From positions 23,994,001 to 24,058,000 of the forward strand of contig NC_135256.1 of assembly GCF_964204865.1 (NCBI RefSeq): 64,000 bases of DNA. The letters run 5' to 3'. The notes beneath the pieces were generated by a model, which saw only the letters and a list, made by a program, of their open reading frames with translations, searched no databases and had not been told where the DNA came from. This DNA comes from Styela clava. Taxonomy: Eukaryota. Positions within the stretch are counted from its first letter, which is position 1, and each line of letters opens with the position of its first letter. The position numbers and the translations under genes were made by a program. This document shows positions 15,501-29,963 of this stretch, in pieces.

Positions 15501-18500
15501 AATGACTTTCTAAATTGAATCAGATAATAAACTTCCTGGACGTAAAGAGATTATAACGAATGATAGCCCGGTAGTTCTACAATAATCGGTATTTCATATA
15601 ACCAGACTACTTTGGGAAGTAGCCACGCGACTTAATCGTACGTTCAACCAATATCCGGTAGATAAGCTGTTAGAAAAATATGTGAGGGGAATATTTTCAC
15701 TGCGACTAGTTTTAGAGTATAATTTACAAGAATGGCTGTACGTATGTACAGATGCATAAATAAGAAAAAATTCACATCTATATTTATTTGTATATGAGTA
15801 TCTATTTACAACAAAGTCCAATCAACTCGGAGGCATTCCAAGTTTAATGTCTCGCCAGTGGTAATTGCCTAAATAGCAATTACTTGATGGATACCGTCGG
15901 TGCCGTGAATTTATTCTTTAATTACTAGATACAGTCAGCACACATATACAACTGGTGGCGCAGAGTTATAATTCGAAATAAATTTTCTTGAAAACCTTAA
16001 TTCTAAAATGTTTCTGATAAAAAACTGCAAATATCGATTTTAAAATTAATATCAATTAAGTGAATGTTGTTTTGCAAATTGGTAAGGATATTCCACCCAA
16101 CTTACTTCGTTTTGGATTGAGGAGTGGCAATGGATGACTATTCAGAAATTGGAGACAAATGTGGTTATTACATAAATACCCATTTATCACGTAAAAATGA
16201 ATGGCGTAGTCGAGTCGAGCCCGTTCCTTAGTTATATTTGCACGTGAATTTAAAAAGAAACACAGATGCAAATTTCCGTCACTGCATCTCAATTTTACTT
16301 AACAAAGTGCTGGAAACTCGCGATAAAATTCCGTATTCTGAAATGTTCGCCACATACAACTGACTGACTTTAAGTTGCGTATGACTATAATATAGCAAGG
16401 TAAAAATTATGTTATTACATACGTTTTTAATGTTACAGAGAACAATCATCTAGTTTATATATATTCAAAATTCTGTAGCAATTGTCCGCAGACAAAGGTC
16501 AATATTTTCCATTTTTTACTGAAATTTTCTTTTACCACCTGTCAGTTACACGGACAAAAATTGAACTCAAACACTTTTATTCATCCTGGGCCAATTCATC
16601 GACAGATATTTTTGCATATGATTACTTGTCTCATTTAAATTAAAACGGAATACAATATATTCAAGGTGTATATATTAAATATACGGTTATGCTTAATAGT
16701 ACAGTATACTGAATTCTGTCAAATTGCTGGTATAACAAAAACGAGCAGATAATCGTACTCTACAGCAATTATGGTCAGCTTTTATCATGAAACTTGATCA
16801 TTCGATAAACCAATTTGACTTTTTTCTTTCGAAAGTCGCAAGCAATACTCGACCTAGTTGAACCTTTCCGCAATAGGTTATAAAGGTCAATGGTTCGGTT
16901 TGAATTACATTTTATCTGGAATGAAATGAAAAACTCAAAACGGAGGGGAAAGTTATTTTTGATCCATGATTATAAAGCGCAACCGAATGCAACCTCACTT
17001 TATATCTATTGTTCTCATAACATTTATAATAAATTATGTTATTACGCTGCACTTAAATCGAGTCTAATCCCTCACACCCAACTGTTTTCGACAAATTTTA
17101 GTGGTGTTATGATTAGTGGGGATATATGAATTAGCGACTGCTGATAGAGTGTTAATGGTGCTTATGATTATCAAATGTATTGCATCTGTTCACGGGGAGA
17201 GGGCACAAACCAATACTAAATTTTCATTCATAATCCAAAAGTCTTTTTCTTGCAACTTCAACGAATGACTTCAGCGGGTTGAATAGCATGAGCTACATCA
17301 ACGAATTCCCGACCTTCTGTCTTGAGATCCCGAACTTTTCATGCCGCCGAGTGATAAATTAAAGACCATTTTCTTATGGACCGGCAACAAAATATTGAGT
17401 CTATTGGAACATGAATGTGTTGCTCAGATAAAAATATTTTTCAGCGAAGTTCTAGGAAAATACTAATCGATATAATTCCACCCCATACAAATTGGAAGGC
17501 AATAATGAGAAGTCCCATCTCTGTGATTGGAAATCAAATTATAAATTTTGGCCAAACAACACGGAAAAAGATTAGATGATCACTAGAATTGTAAGTTGGA
17601 TATTTTTCTATAAAGGCAGGTAACAGCTTTTTCTAGTTGTCAAGTATCGGACCTAAATTGGTGCTTTATCGTTTTTATTGTTTTGACAGTTACAAGTAGG
17701 ACAAGAGATTTGTTTATCTGAATGTTCTAGATTTCTGAACAGCAAAACAATTCCTACTAAGTTCTTTCACGAAATCATTAGAAGTATACAAAAAATTGTA
17801 TTCACCACATACAAATACAGACATGTTGTTAGCATAGGAACTGTCGCAGACATGGGAGAAAAGATTTTGTCGGAATTAGTAAACGGATTATATTGTTTGA
17901 ATGCAATCCCCGAGTCACAGCCCGGCTTATAAATATCGGGTTATTGGTGTGAGACAAATACCGGGCCATAGTTTAACTCCGTGAATCAGTTATAGGCAAA
18001 AAAAATTCGTTTTAGGCGCCTATACTTTTTGTTGCATTAGACGTAATTTGAGCTGAGACGTAAAAAAATACTTCATTGTCAGGTTTTTAAACATTCTGTG
18101 ATGAAGTAATTCAATTTACACGAAATAATACAGTCAAAATAGTTACAGCAACAGTGCAACTTTATCAATTATTATAGAACATGAGAATTCTTCTGTTGTT
18201 AATTACCGAATTAGGGAAAACGCTACATTATGTTTTAGAAGCTTTAAATTAGCAGGTAGATTGGTTACTGAAATTTCACTGGTTAATTAAACAACAGTTT
18301 GAAATTATTAAATTTTTGATCACCACAAAAAGGAAAAGATGTTTCTATTTGCCCATATATTGATCAGGAATGGGCTGGGCTAGAGGGGTGACATGAATAT
18401 CAATAATTCCAAAATGGAAGCCTCGCGTTACGGCAAACAAAGTGGAAGAATCCCATTACAGAATAAACATGAGCTGTAATAAATTTCATTACTGAAAATT

Positions 18501-21439
18501 TATGATATTTTTTGACGGTCGGGAAGCGAAAGAATTTGATCCGGTCCGCAGTGCAAAAAAGGTTGCCGAAACCTGTCGTATACGCCTATGCGGTATCCCT
18601 GTCAACACTTAACCTCTGACTCAATATCCCACAAACTTTTATCTTTGTTCTTTTATCAAATTGTTGATAAAATGAATATATATCTATATATATCTAGCAT
18701 GAGATGAAAAACAAATAATTTTGATTTCATAGAACGAAATTTAGATTTGGTGAAATAATGCTGACACTCAAATAAGCGTAATATTCCCATCAATATAAAT
18801 ATCTCAAATTATGTTTAATTATATAAACAATTATTATCTTATCAAATAAAAACAATAACAAAAACGTTTGTTCTAGCCTTATGATTTTAAGTTCCCAATA
18901 ATATGAGCAATACATGCATACAAACTTTCCGGGCAGGAAAAACTAATGCGGTAGCTACCCGTTTCGTTTTATTACTAAAATCACTCTAACTCCGATGCTA
19001 TTTTCTTAGCTTGTGCTCGCTTTCTAACCTTTTGTGAGCGAGAAAATAATAGTTATCACACTTGGTTAAGCTTGATAATGATTGAAAATATAGCAAATTA
19101 GTCAAATCTCACAAGCCAATAAATCAATGTCTTTAATCTGACGGTCAATATCAAATCTGCGGAAACGTAATCCGTGCAGTTGTTTGTAATATTTGCCCTA
19201 CATTAAACCGCTAAATTTCGAAATTCTTAATGATTTCGTGTAATGTCTGCGAGCTTCTCAATAGTACCTTCATTGATTTTTTTTACCTCTGCGTGTGATG
19301 TGAAAATGTGTATTGTAAAGACACATCTGTTAATATTTTCCTCCACTTAAATGTATCAAACGAAATGATTCGAATTCCTTGCTGGGAATTTTCGGGAAAT
19401 CTCGAACGACAAAATAAGAAAACCAACTATAAATATTGTCTGCCAAATACCATACAAAGCGATAAAACTATTACATCTCACCTAGTTATATTGTTCCTTT
19501 CTTATAGTTATATTGTTTGTTTGCAAGATAAAGGTATTGCCAATCCGGATTGAAAATAAAATCGGAGGTCATCTCAATTACCAATTTTATGCCTGTCTAA
19601 TATCAATACATACTGCAAGCAATAGAATACTAGAATGCACGGAACTTTTAGAAGAGTAACGATACACATGTCCCGTTTATTATTCTTATTTATAAGGGCG
19701 TAATTTATTAGCGAGTGCACAGTCGTCCACGACGAATCGAATATGCACCCAATTAACAATTTAATTAGCACGTTTGACCGCGTATAACTCAGATTCATAT
19801 TTGTTTAAAACTGGTAGCTAATGTACTTTACTTCAAATCTCGTGTAGTATTAGGGTATTCCATTAACAGGTTAAGCATTTGGTGCGTAATAGGAATTACA
19901 GAGGGTGAATAAGGTCGTTACATTAACACAGAAAGCTTTTTCAGATATAGTAACATTTTTGTTTAGTCGTGCATCTTTTGAATATATAAAAAGTTGGGTG
20001 AGCTTTCTAGAGCAATATATATATATATTCGAATAGTTGGCAAAGAAATCTAACTACTGTACTTTGCATCAAATTTCGGACTTTCAATATAAACGTACTA
20101 TAGTCGCAATGTCGACACGATTTTACAGAATTGATATGACAATAATTCTAATAATAATAAATTTTGTAGTCAATCTAGTGTATAAAATATAAACCTATCG
20201 TTTCACATATTGCGGTATATTTCGAGATCAGGAATCAAAATTTTAATCTATTGTTGAAAATGCAGAGATATCTCTGCATTTTCAACAATAGATTAAAATT
20301 TTGACTCCTGATCTCGAAATTAAAGTAATATTGAAACATGATTTGAAAATCACCTGATGCGTTGAGGATGTTGGTTTTGCTATTTTGTGCATGTGCGCGA
20401 AAAACTATAGTTATTTTCTTGGTCATAAATTTTTTCCTTTCATCAGGTACCTCACCCACTAAAATTTGATTCTCAAGCGATTCTACAACTTCACGTTCTT
20501 AAAAGTCTGTTTCTCTACGTTCCACTAATCAAAATTACAATCTTACTTACATTTGGGCACATACTCAATGCGATATTTCACGCAATTTTAATTGCAATAA
20601 CAGATTAGAATATCTCAACACAAGCTCACTAAAATGGACAATAAATTATGTTCAATTTTATATCGCTTGTGTTGTCAAGCTGCCTCCGTGATATGATATT
20701 GTAGCCAATTTATTGCTCAATTAAATTTACCAAAAAGAAAAAGTCGCTTTGGTTGTACTGATGCAATGAGTGTACAGACATAAAAACAAACAAAGTAAAA
20801 TTAAAAAAAAAAAAATAACTTCCAGAAAACACTCACACTTTTTACTCTTTTGACCTCGAGATGACTTTCTCAACAGTTTTAATATCAAATTCCCACAACC
20901 TGCAAACTACTATTCGTATCCTCTGACGTGACACCCTCGTCGTATTTGTAACCCAGGATAGGTAATTATAATTCCGAGGCAACTCAATACAAAACACTTG
21001 GTGGTCAAAACTGTGCAATTACTACCTTTACAAATACCCGCAAACCACTCACAAAAGAACGAAAACATAATTATAATGTGTCCAACCGCGCCTGGATGTC
21101 ATGGGAAGTCTGTTAGAGCAGGACTACTCAACTATTTTTCCAAAGATCTATAGACAAAATTTCAAAATTATTGGGGGCCGGTTTTTTCAGAAATTATATT
21201 TTGACATCCTTAAACGCGCACTTCCTCGACTGGCCAATATTTATTCGATTTTTCGATTCGCCAATGATAGCGCAATTCGCATTGTCTATTATGGCGGTAT
21301 AGTTCTTAGTTCTTTTCATATATAGTCAGGTACAAATATGAGGAAATTATAAGAAAAATCTTTAAAATTATGAAAGTCATTAATTAAATTAATAAAAGGA
21401 AACCTCTGCATAGCCAAGTGGAGCCAGTGATCCAAAATA

Positions 21440-21511
21440 AAGAATTAATCAGGTGCGGTCCGAATCGAACAAGCCGAATTCGGACCGCGGTGCGCGAGTT
21501 GAGTAGCCCTG
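21440..21511. mobile_element. Solo terminal fragment of a hAT (Charlie-type) MITE
   Basis: GCGGTCCG...CGGACCGC palindromic subterminal followed by GAGTTGAGTAGCCCTG (reverse complement CAGGGCTACTCAAC), a hAT-type end. No partner end or TSD found. Confidence 0.45.
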
Positions 21512-24500
21512 TGTTAGAGCATGATTCACAGTCAATCACATGGTCTAGCTTGATATATATGATAATGATTTGATGTAATGATCTGCGGCAACGATTTACC
21601 CGAATTCTACTGAAACTTATACACCTTACTCTTTACCACCTTCACCTTACTCTTCCTTACGGGCGATCAGCGTACGTAACCCGGGGCAATATAATCTTTA
21701 TCATATAAGAAATGAATACACATATGATCAGGCCCTCGCTTTGACATCGAAAAAAAACACTCTGACGCATTCCGCGTCCAGCTACCGCCCAGCAGACGAT
21801 TAACAACGCTGTTTTGTAATAACAAATCGACCGATGACTCTGTTCATTTTCAATCCATTCTACTCTGCCTTATAATGTTTCTAAGCTTTGTTCTACACAA
21901 AAGAAAGCGAACTCATTCAATTCAATCAAAACCGCCTCTTTATGTTATAAATGTAATATTAAATATGAATACACACATACATATGAAAGACCATGACGAG
22001 TTAAAAAGGAATTCGTAACGAATTATGTATAAATCGAATCATGGTTTAAGTAAGTATTGCGATACGCATACAAAATCTCGAAAATTTCAACCTGCATTTC
22101 AAGATTATTTAGGCATATATACCCAATCCTAGAATAAATGGGTAAATATGCAGTTGGGTGTCGTCTCAAATTGCAAATTTTGTAAAGCCTCGATTTCCTC
22201 AAACATGTGATTCGTCTTAACAGAATCATTAATACTGAACATTTCGAATGTTATTGATATTAAATGCTGGAAAATGTTCTGCAGTTGGTGTAAATTTACT
22301 ATATAAACAATTCAGATGTTTATCCAGGTTTTGCCTTCAATCACCGAGCTAGGCATTTTGAAATCAGTTTCTGATATTTCACTCCAAACAAGCATGATTC
22401 ACGTATACTTACTTGTTTGTGGCTATTTTCGCAAATAGCTATTTATTTTTAAGTGTTCAGACTTTTCTCCTCACTATTTCTGGCATTGTTATCGGATTTA
22501 GAATAATCGCCATGGCAACAATTAGAGTCGCAAATCCGATGGTCACGACGACTTATCGTGATTTATGTCAAATTATAATTTGGAAGAAATAATCCTCGTT
22601 TCGATAGAATTATAGAAACTGGAGATATTTTTAAACATAATTGGAGTTTTTATTTATGTTTAGATTAAATTGTTGATTCAAAACAAAACTATTACTTGAT
22701 TTGATACTTTAGCTCCAGACCAATACTCAAAATAAATAGATGCGAAGGTTGTACCGCCATCGATACCATAGTCTCCATTCGTTGAATACAAATTCACAAA
22801 CTTGATCGTAGTTTCAATAACACAATGTTATAAAATGAAAGTAATAGCTTTCTAACCTTGATTTCTTGGAGGTCTCTGCCGTTATATCGATCACAATTTT
22901 TTTCTCATATTATCTGATAGATTCGTGTCATCACTCCACATATGAAATCTTTATTGTGAAATTATTTTCAATATCTGAGTAGTATCAACATATATATTTA
23001 TCCATTAGGAAGACCTTAAAATTCCGACAGCCAATATTTATGTGAATTTAAAGTTCTGTTATAAGATATATCGTTTCACCATGGTATTTTTTTTTAAATT
23101 TGAGCCTTGTTGTGATTTAATTAATGCCTTTCGTCCCACATCTGCTTAGTTTCGCACATTTTTGTTGCGATTATTCGAATATTTTACACCGTAAATTTAT
23201 CTGTGAAAGTGGAGATAATTAATTATCTTTTATTTTACGAATAAATCATCTTAATTGACTTATTCTCTTTGAATTAGATAAATTATTTTTAAAAGTGTGG
23301 GCTTGCGAAATTCACTTTTTCGTAATTCATTCCATAAATGGTCCATGCCTGAACAGGGTGTATTTTAATATATCACTGTTATTATTATTTCACACGATGT
23401 TATTACACCAATTTCTTATTTTAAAATTTGAAAATGCGCATAAATTCAGAAATTATATACTCGTAGAAATCGTGACTTTGGACATCTTCATAATAATAAG
23501 TCTGGCCTGTGATTAACCCGAAATTGCTGTATGTGGCATACATTTCATTAAATATTATTTACAAACTATGACATACTTTTAAAAAAATACATGGAAAGTT
23601 GAGGATATTGATGTTTTTAACAAATATATTATGCAAAATTTCGTATATTCCATGATGTTCTCGTAGGAATTAATAAATTGAGGAGAAGTAGCTCAAATAC
23701 TTAAAATGGCAATAACTGCATCGTTCCTCTATTCCCTATTAGATGGAATTCAATTTGGAAAAGAAAAGATAATCCATGTTGTTGGTCGAATGTAGACTCA
23801 CTACTTGTAGACTGATAAGTGAAGTGTGATGTGACCTGAATAACTTACGATATATACTTATATGGCACTTCAACTCAAAAACAACCCGTAGAAAACATCT
23901 TATCCTCGCATCCTTTGGGACATAAACTGTGTTATCAAATAATTTGATGCTTGATTCAGTGCTGAGTTTCTCACTATTGGTCGCATCCGGAATGACGTTC
24001 TGACTATGTTGGATTTTATACTGACAACCCCCGTAGTCGTTTACCATATTCGTTTAAAAATCTACAACCCGCTTATTATTTAGTCGATTACCTTTAACTT
24101 TCATATTTAATGACCTGTAATGAAGTTTGCTTTTTACCGTTGGTAAATAAAATATATTCATAAATAGCATTCCGATCCCACGAGTCCATAAACTGGCAAT
24201 TTCGGTCGTCGGAAATATACGTTATACACATCATTGACTCACAAAATGATCAATTTCAAAGAGCGATTTTAAATGAATACCAGCTTCCCCTTCACCAACC
24301 CTTGACGACTTCAAGAGGTTATTTTATGTTTGTGTTCGCGTCATCGGAAAAAGTGTGAAAAAAGGCAATATTGTTAAAATTAAATCAAGTCAACGACAAC
24401 TTATGGGACGTGAATTTAACTTGATTTCAAAAAGAAACGTAATGGATTTTAATTGGTTCTGCTTACTGTAAATGCAGTGTTGCAATCATAACAAACGTTA

Positions 24501-26164
24501 TTTCTCTATCATAGTTCAAACTTTTACGAAACATTGTAATATGTTTGAGGATGTTTCCAAAGATTGGTTTTGCCATTCAAATGAGTCATTTAGATAAGAT
24601 AATTTCATTTGAACTCCGCCATGGTGCGACAAATTTGAAAATCTTGAAACAAAAAACACGGGACGGAAAGTTGCTAGAACTTCAAATGAGTTTTAAAACA
24701 TGAGACATAAAATTACAACATAGGCAATCTAACCCCTGAAACAGAAAAAAAATTTGAAAATCGGGCCTTGAGCTTGGTAACACTGAGATAATAAATTAAA
24801 ATAATTGGAAACACGATGAAATACTCTCTAGTCTACATCAACCAATAAAGTGATAAGTGCGGAAACATATTATGGCCGAGGCATTATAGTTTACGGTTCT
24901 ACGTTGTCCCAAAACCAAAATAAAATTTGAAATAAGTGGGATAAGCATGTGGCGCCATACCAAACAGCAAAATGAACCTAAATTATCACATGGGTGGTAT
25001 ACATTTTATACTATACATAAAAATAGAAAAATAAATCAAGCTGGAGTTATCTCAACCCCGAACAAACAGCAGAATATGAATCGAATAAGCAAACCGATAC
25101 AGCCGATTGGTCCTTATGATATGATAATAATAATAATAATCAACGCCTGATTTTAGTGTCCACACAATTCGTTAGATTGTGACCAATTTCCAACATGTCT
25201 TCAACTTCGAAAAACGGCACAATATAACTGAAGGCTGATTGGTAAGTTGCAAACAGGTCACGCAAAGGTTCAAAATGAGAGACAATTCCGAAATGCTCTT
25301 TCAGCCGCTCCTGCTATAATACAGTAATACAGATATCATACCCACACGTTGTCACTTGTAAGACCAATTAATTATGTCAAAAGTATTTATGATATATATA
25401 TATACTTTATAATGGAGTATTTGGTTGTATTAAAAATCATATGGAATTACTGGAATAAATTATGAAACTCAAACAACTGGATTATGGATGTGAAAAGGTA
25501 CACTGCAATGTAAAAGTGGTGTTGACTGTCACTGTTGATCAAGTCCGACTGCGATATTAAACAGAACATTCACAAGATGTAAAGAGAATAAAAAATTAAG
25601 GAAGGTATTGCGAATAATGGTTTATTGAAGGGATCAACATACAAACATTCAACGACCGTACAAGACATTCAGCTTATAGTAATTGCAGGCAGAAATGTCT
25701 GCATGTGGTTATGAAATAAAGTTAAAAATATAGACAGGTATTCATACATACAGAAATACTCACAAACAATTTATTTTTTTAAAGATATGTGGTCGCGCTT
25801 TTTTCACTGATGTTTTATATGAATTGCTGCTCTGTTTTATGCATTTCGAGAATGACTAATGATTTTACTAAGGGTTTTTGCCAAATGCGCAGCGTTATAA
25901 AAATAAAATGCTGAATCATTCTAAGCTGCTTATTTAAGTATTTATCATTACTTTCGTTAAAACAAAGCTGTACTTCGATAAATTGTTAAGGGAAAAGTCC
26001 CATCGAGATCCGATAGGTTTAAACTGGGTTTAACAACCGAGTACCGACTTTGCACTGATAGGGTTCACAGAAGTAAGAATCACCGAACTCGTGAAACCGG
26101 ACTCCGGAGATTTAAATGTATAACTGCGACTCCAATATCAGCAAAAAAGCCCAAACATAATAAT

Positions 26165-27150
26165 AATAAGTATAAGTTTATTTCGACTCCATAATCAGCA
26201 AAACAATAAAATAAATGTTAAAAATAAATAAATAAAAACTGATTATGAAATCAGGAGAGCGAACAAAACCTTAGATAAGGTTTAAAACGTACAGAATGTA
26301 TATAAGATGGAAGGTTTTGCCAAGAAGATGTGGTACGTGTTCACTCACCTAAAATAATTGAAATATTTCACACACGCTCATACACACACAACCATATAGA
26401 AGTTATTAAGTAAAGGGAACATGAAAAATTACATGCCACACCATATTAATAAATTTATCATGATTGCCACTGCCAAATTGATCAATTTTATAAATGGGAG
26501 TGAACAGTAAAGATAAACTTTTATAAAAAAATATATTGTCAAGCTGATTATAGATGGAGTCAAATGCCAAAATGCCCAACCAAAGTTGCCAGAATTGGGT
26601 GCATGAAGAGGTGGGCTAGACCACTTCATTGCCCAAACTAGAGCCTATTATTGCCAAATTGTAGTCCAGATTGCAATAAGTATTTAAATCTATCAGTAAC
26701 TTTATAAGTATGAGTAATTATAATTATTTAAGGTAGAAAGACAGGGTATAGGAATATGTTGGTTGCTAAGGTTATAAGGTTTTTTTTTTTTCATTCTTCA
26801 GTTCTTAGATATTGACTTCTGCAAGGATAAAGGAATTAGGAATAAAGGAATTAGTATTGTTATTTCACAGGATCATTTCTTCATTTAATTATTGTGGCGT
26901 AATAGATTCAAGTTTATCGTGGATGAGACATCAGCCTGCGAATTTTGTTGTTGTAGACACCATTTATATTCAATAAACTAGCCATTGTATTGATCATCAC
27001 AGAACGACCTGAAAAACAGAAAATAAATCTGCGAGTAGGATATTCAAGGGTTACATATTTGGAAACAGCACTACCCTACACTTTTGTTTAGAATTAATTA
27101 TTATTTCTAGTAGATATTGATTATTAGTTATCTATCTATCTATAAAATGC
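26165..27150 (-). repeat. Dispersed repeat resembling the 3' end/UTR of a LINE (L2/CR1-like); uninterrupted copy
   Basis: Collinear similarity to 34370-37365: AAGTTTATTTCGACTCCATAATCAGCA, GAGAGC-AACAAAAC, GTACGTGTTC-CTCACC, AGCTGATTATA, GGTGGGCTAGACC. The minus strand ends in AATAAA plus a simple-repeat tail, with a short stem (GACTCCATAATCAG / CTGATTAT). Confidence 0.6.
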
Positions 27151-27451
27151 TAGTTCAAAGACCAGAGTTGAAATATGGTTGGGACACAGGGTGAATTCCT
27201 CGCAAACCATGCAGAAACTCTCAAACCACACTGACCATTCGTATGTTGGCCTTCACATCAACTTCACAGCAGAACCTCAACCTAGGATAAAATTTTGTAT
27301 ACACACAAAACAAATCATAGAATACCACAACAAATTAAAATGAAGGGGAGAATCCAATATATCTCCACATATACATATTACGTTATATATCCTTATCCAA
27401 TGCAGCTAGTCCGCTATCTGATTATGAAGTTATTATCAAAGTGACTATAGA

Positions 27452-27492
27452 TATAGTCATAGTGTATAGTTATAGTCATAGTGTATAGTTAT
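27452..27492. repeat. Short tandem repeat, 19-bp unit ATAGTCATAGTGTATAGTT x2
   Basis: Direct duplication visible. Related to the (ATAGTC)n tails at ~44310 and ~46780. Confidence 0.6.
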
Positions 27493-28085
27493 ATTCACTT
27501 TGGTTATTATGATTATGCCGAACATTAAAGTCAATTTTAATATTCCAGTTATGTCAGGTACCGTACGGTATGTAGCAATGTAGGCCTGTAGCAACAACAA
27601 AAATGTTAACTGCATGTAGCATTTCATTATATATTTCATTCGATGAATGAATCAATCAAAGAATGGATTTAACCAAATAAATATTAATTGGTAAAAATAC
27701 AATGTATAGTTTTGAGACAAGAGCCAGAAGAACGCGGGGACGAAAGAAAATCGGGTCTGGTACCTGTACCGTACGCTATACAGGTATAGTTTAGTAGGGT
27801 ACCGTAGGTCATGAGGCTGTGAGGGTCTAAAAAAATTCTACAAAAAATTGCTGTGCATGATACAGATTTTTTTTTTTATATTCCATATCATCATACTTCT
27901 GTATTTAATATACTGTAGCCAATATTCCAATCTAGACTACTTGTTGATGGGTTGTCAGGTTGTAGTAACTCTCTCGCCTCTCGGGTTATTTTGACATATT
28001 TTTATTCACAGATTTTTTTAAAATTTCATTATCAATATTTCTTAGTATTGAATAAACTATAGCCTACTTAAAAAGCAACCAAGAA

Positions 28086-28787
28086 ATGGCAAAAGTTCAG
28101 ATCGTAAATGTGGAGGTTTTAGATAATCCTTCGCCGTTTTTTAATCCATTTCAATTTCAAATAACTTTTGATTGCATTGAGAATTTATCCGATGATTTGG
28201 AATGGAAAATTATATATGTTGGATCTGCTGAAAGTGATGAATATGATCAGGAATTGGATTCTGTATTAGTCGGGCCAGTTCCTGCTGGACGTCATCGGTT
28301 TGTTTTTCAAGCAGATCCTCCCAAACCAGAACTAATTCCTGTTCAAGATGCTGTTGGTGTTACTGTTGTTATAATCACATGTACGTATCATACTCGGGAG
28401 TTTATTCGAGTGGGGTATTTTGTTAACAATGAGTATAATGACCCTGATATGCGAGAAAATCCACCAGAGATTCCTAACTTTCCCAAATTGATGAGAAATA
28501 TTCTTGACAGTAAGCCACGCGTAACAAGATTCAAGATCAATTGGGATGACAATGCGGAAAATGGCGCTGTTGATGAGGAGACTCCTCCTTCTCCCCAAAC
28601 AAACTTTGGCAGCTCTATCGAAGAAGTTCACTCAGGTTGTGAAGGAACATTTGGAGTTGATCAAGGACATTTAAACAATAGTAATAATGGATTGTCAAGT
28701 ATGAGTGATCACCAAGAAAAACTGTCCAAGGGACAAATATATGAAAACAGTACTGATTCAATGGATATGAGAATGTTTGTTGAATAG
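28086..28787 (+). CDS. ASF1: Histone H3-H4 chaperone ASF1 (233 aa), single coding exon
   Basis: MAKVQIVNVEVLDNPSPF...DLEWKIIYVGSAES...GPVPAGRHRFVFQADPP...EFIRVGYFVNNEY...PRVTRFKINWD is the ASF1 core, followed by an acidic/Ser tail. Splice acceptor TTTTATTCACAG at 28000-28011 in the 5' UTR. Confidence 0.98.
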   Translation: MAKVQIVNVEVLDNPSPFFNPFQFQITFDCIENLSDDLEWKIIYVGSAESDEYDQELDSVLVGPVPAGRHRFVFQADPPKPELIPVQDAVGVTVVIITCTYHTREFIRVGYFVNNEYNDPDMRENPPEIPNFPKLMRNILDSKPRVTRFKINWDDNAENGAVDEETPPSPQTNFGSSIEEVHSGCEGTFGVDQGHLNNSNNGLSSMSDHQEKLSKGQIYENSTDSMDMRMFVE

Positions 28788-29963
28788 CTGTCTTACTCAC
28801 AACACTATTTCTTTATATTTGATTTCTTCCAAATGCTGCATACCATATGCTTGTGAACATACCCGTCAATCTGCCTATTTTTTACTTTATTTCAATATTC
28901 CATTTGTATTAAGTTATGTTGTATTATTCTTTCATAATTCCAGAAAATATCTTGGCTATACCTGACTTGCCAATTTCCAATGTTTATAATCTTTAACAAA
29001 AGAAACACAAAACAAATCTAAATAATTTACTATTTTCAATGACCTTATTAATGTGAATGGTGCAAAAAGCTGAGAAAAAGATTTTAAATTTTTTTCATAG
29101 AAATCGGAACTTTCAGATATTTCTCAATAAAAATTCACTGTTTCAATACACTTAATTGTGGATGAAAGTATGATTTGTATCTCCCGCATATATGTTTCCC
29201 AATCTTTCTGAGCATGATTAAAAATACCGCATTTGCTTATAAAACTATTTTACACTTGTAATTGTTGATTGGTTTTGTAAGTGACCTATTCCCTCGGTGA
29301 AGTTTTATTTCCCCTTGATACTGACTGGAATTTTAATTTAATTGTAAGATTAGCAGAATATTAGGATGCCACTTTTTATGTGGAGTATAGTCTGAAATTA
29401 TAACTGGTCAACTAATCTGGATTAGTTAACCGGATGAGAGGACAGTGTTTTTTTCCGAAATGAAAATCTTACCTGTATTTATTGCAAAATATTTCTCTAC
29501 GATATAGTCGGCATTTCATGTATGTGCCATTAATTTGAGTCCCTACACTGATCAGATTTTTTGCGTTCATTTTAATTTTTTGTCCAGTTACCTTTTTGGG
29601 ACAGTAATAAAAAACTTCAATTTTTGGCATTTGATTGTTATGTACCGTATGTCTATGTGGTGTGATCATTAAATTCCTTAATTAATTTCCATAAATTCCC
29701 AAATTATTTCCCTTTATCAAGTAGCTTACAGAAAAAATTTGTTTTTTTAATGAAACAGGAATTTTAATTTTAGCCTTCTTCTATGTGGCAACAAACTTTG
29801 GCAGCACCATTTTTATCGTATAGGCTTGTTGATTGCATATTTATTAATTATCTTTGAGTTATTCATTCTTCTTGCATTGTTTTGTATTAAGCTTAAAAGT
29901 TTATTTTCATCATAAATACTTCAGCTGCTATTTTGTCAGTGGGAATGGCATTTAATATTGCCA

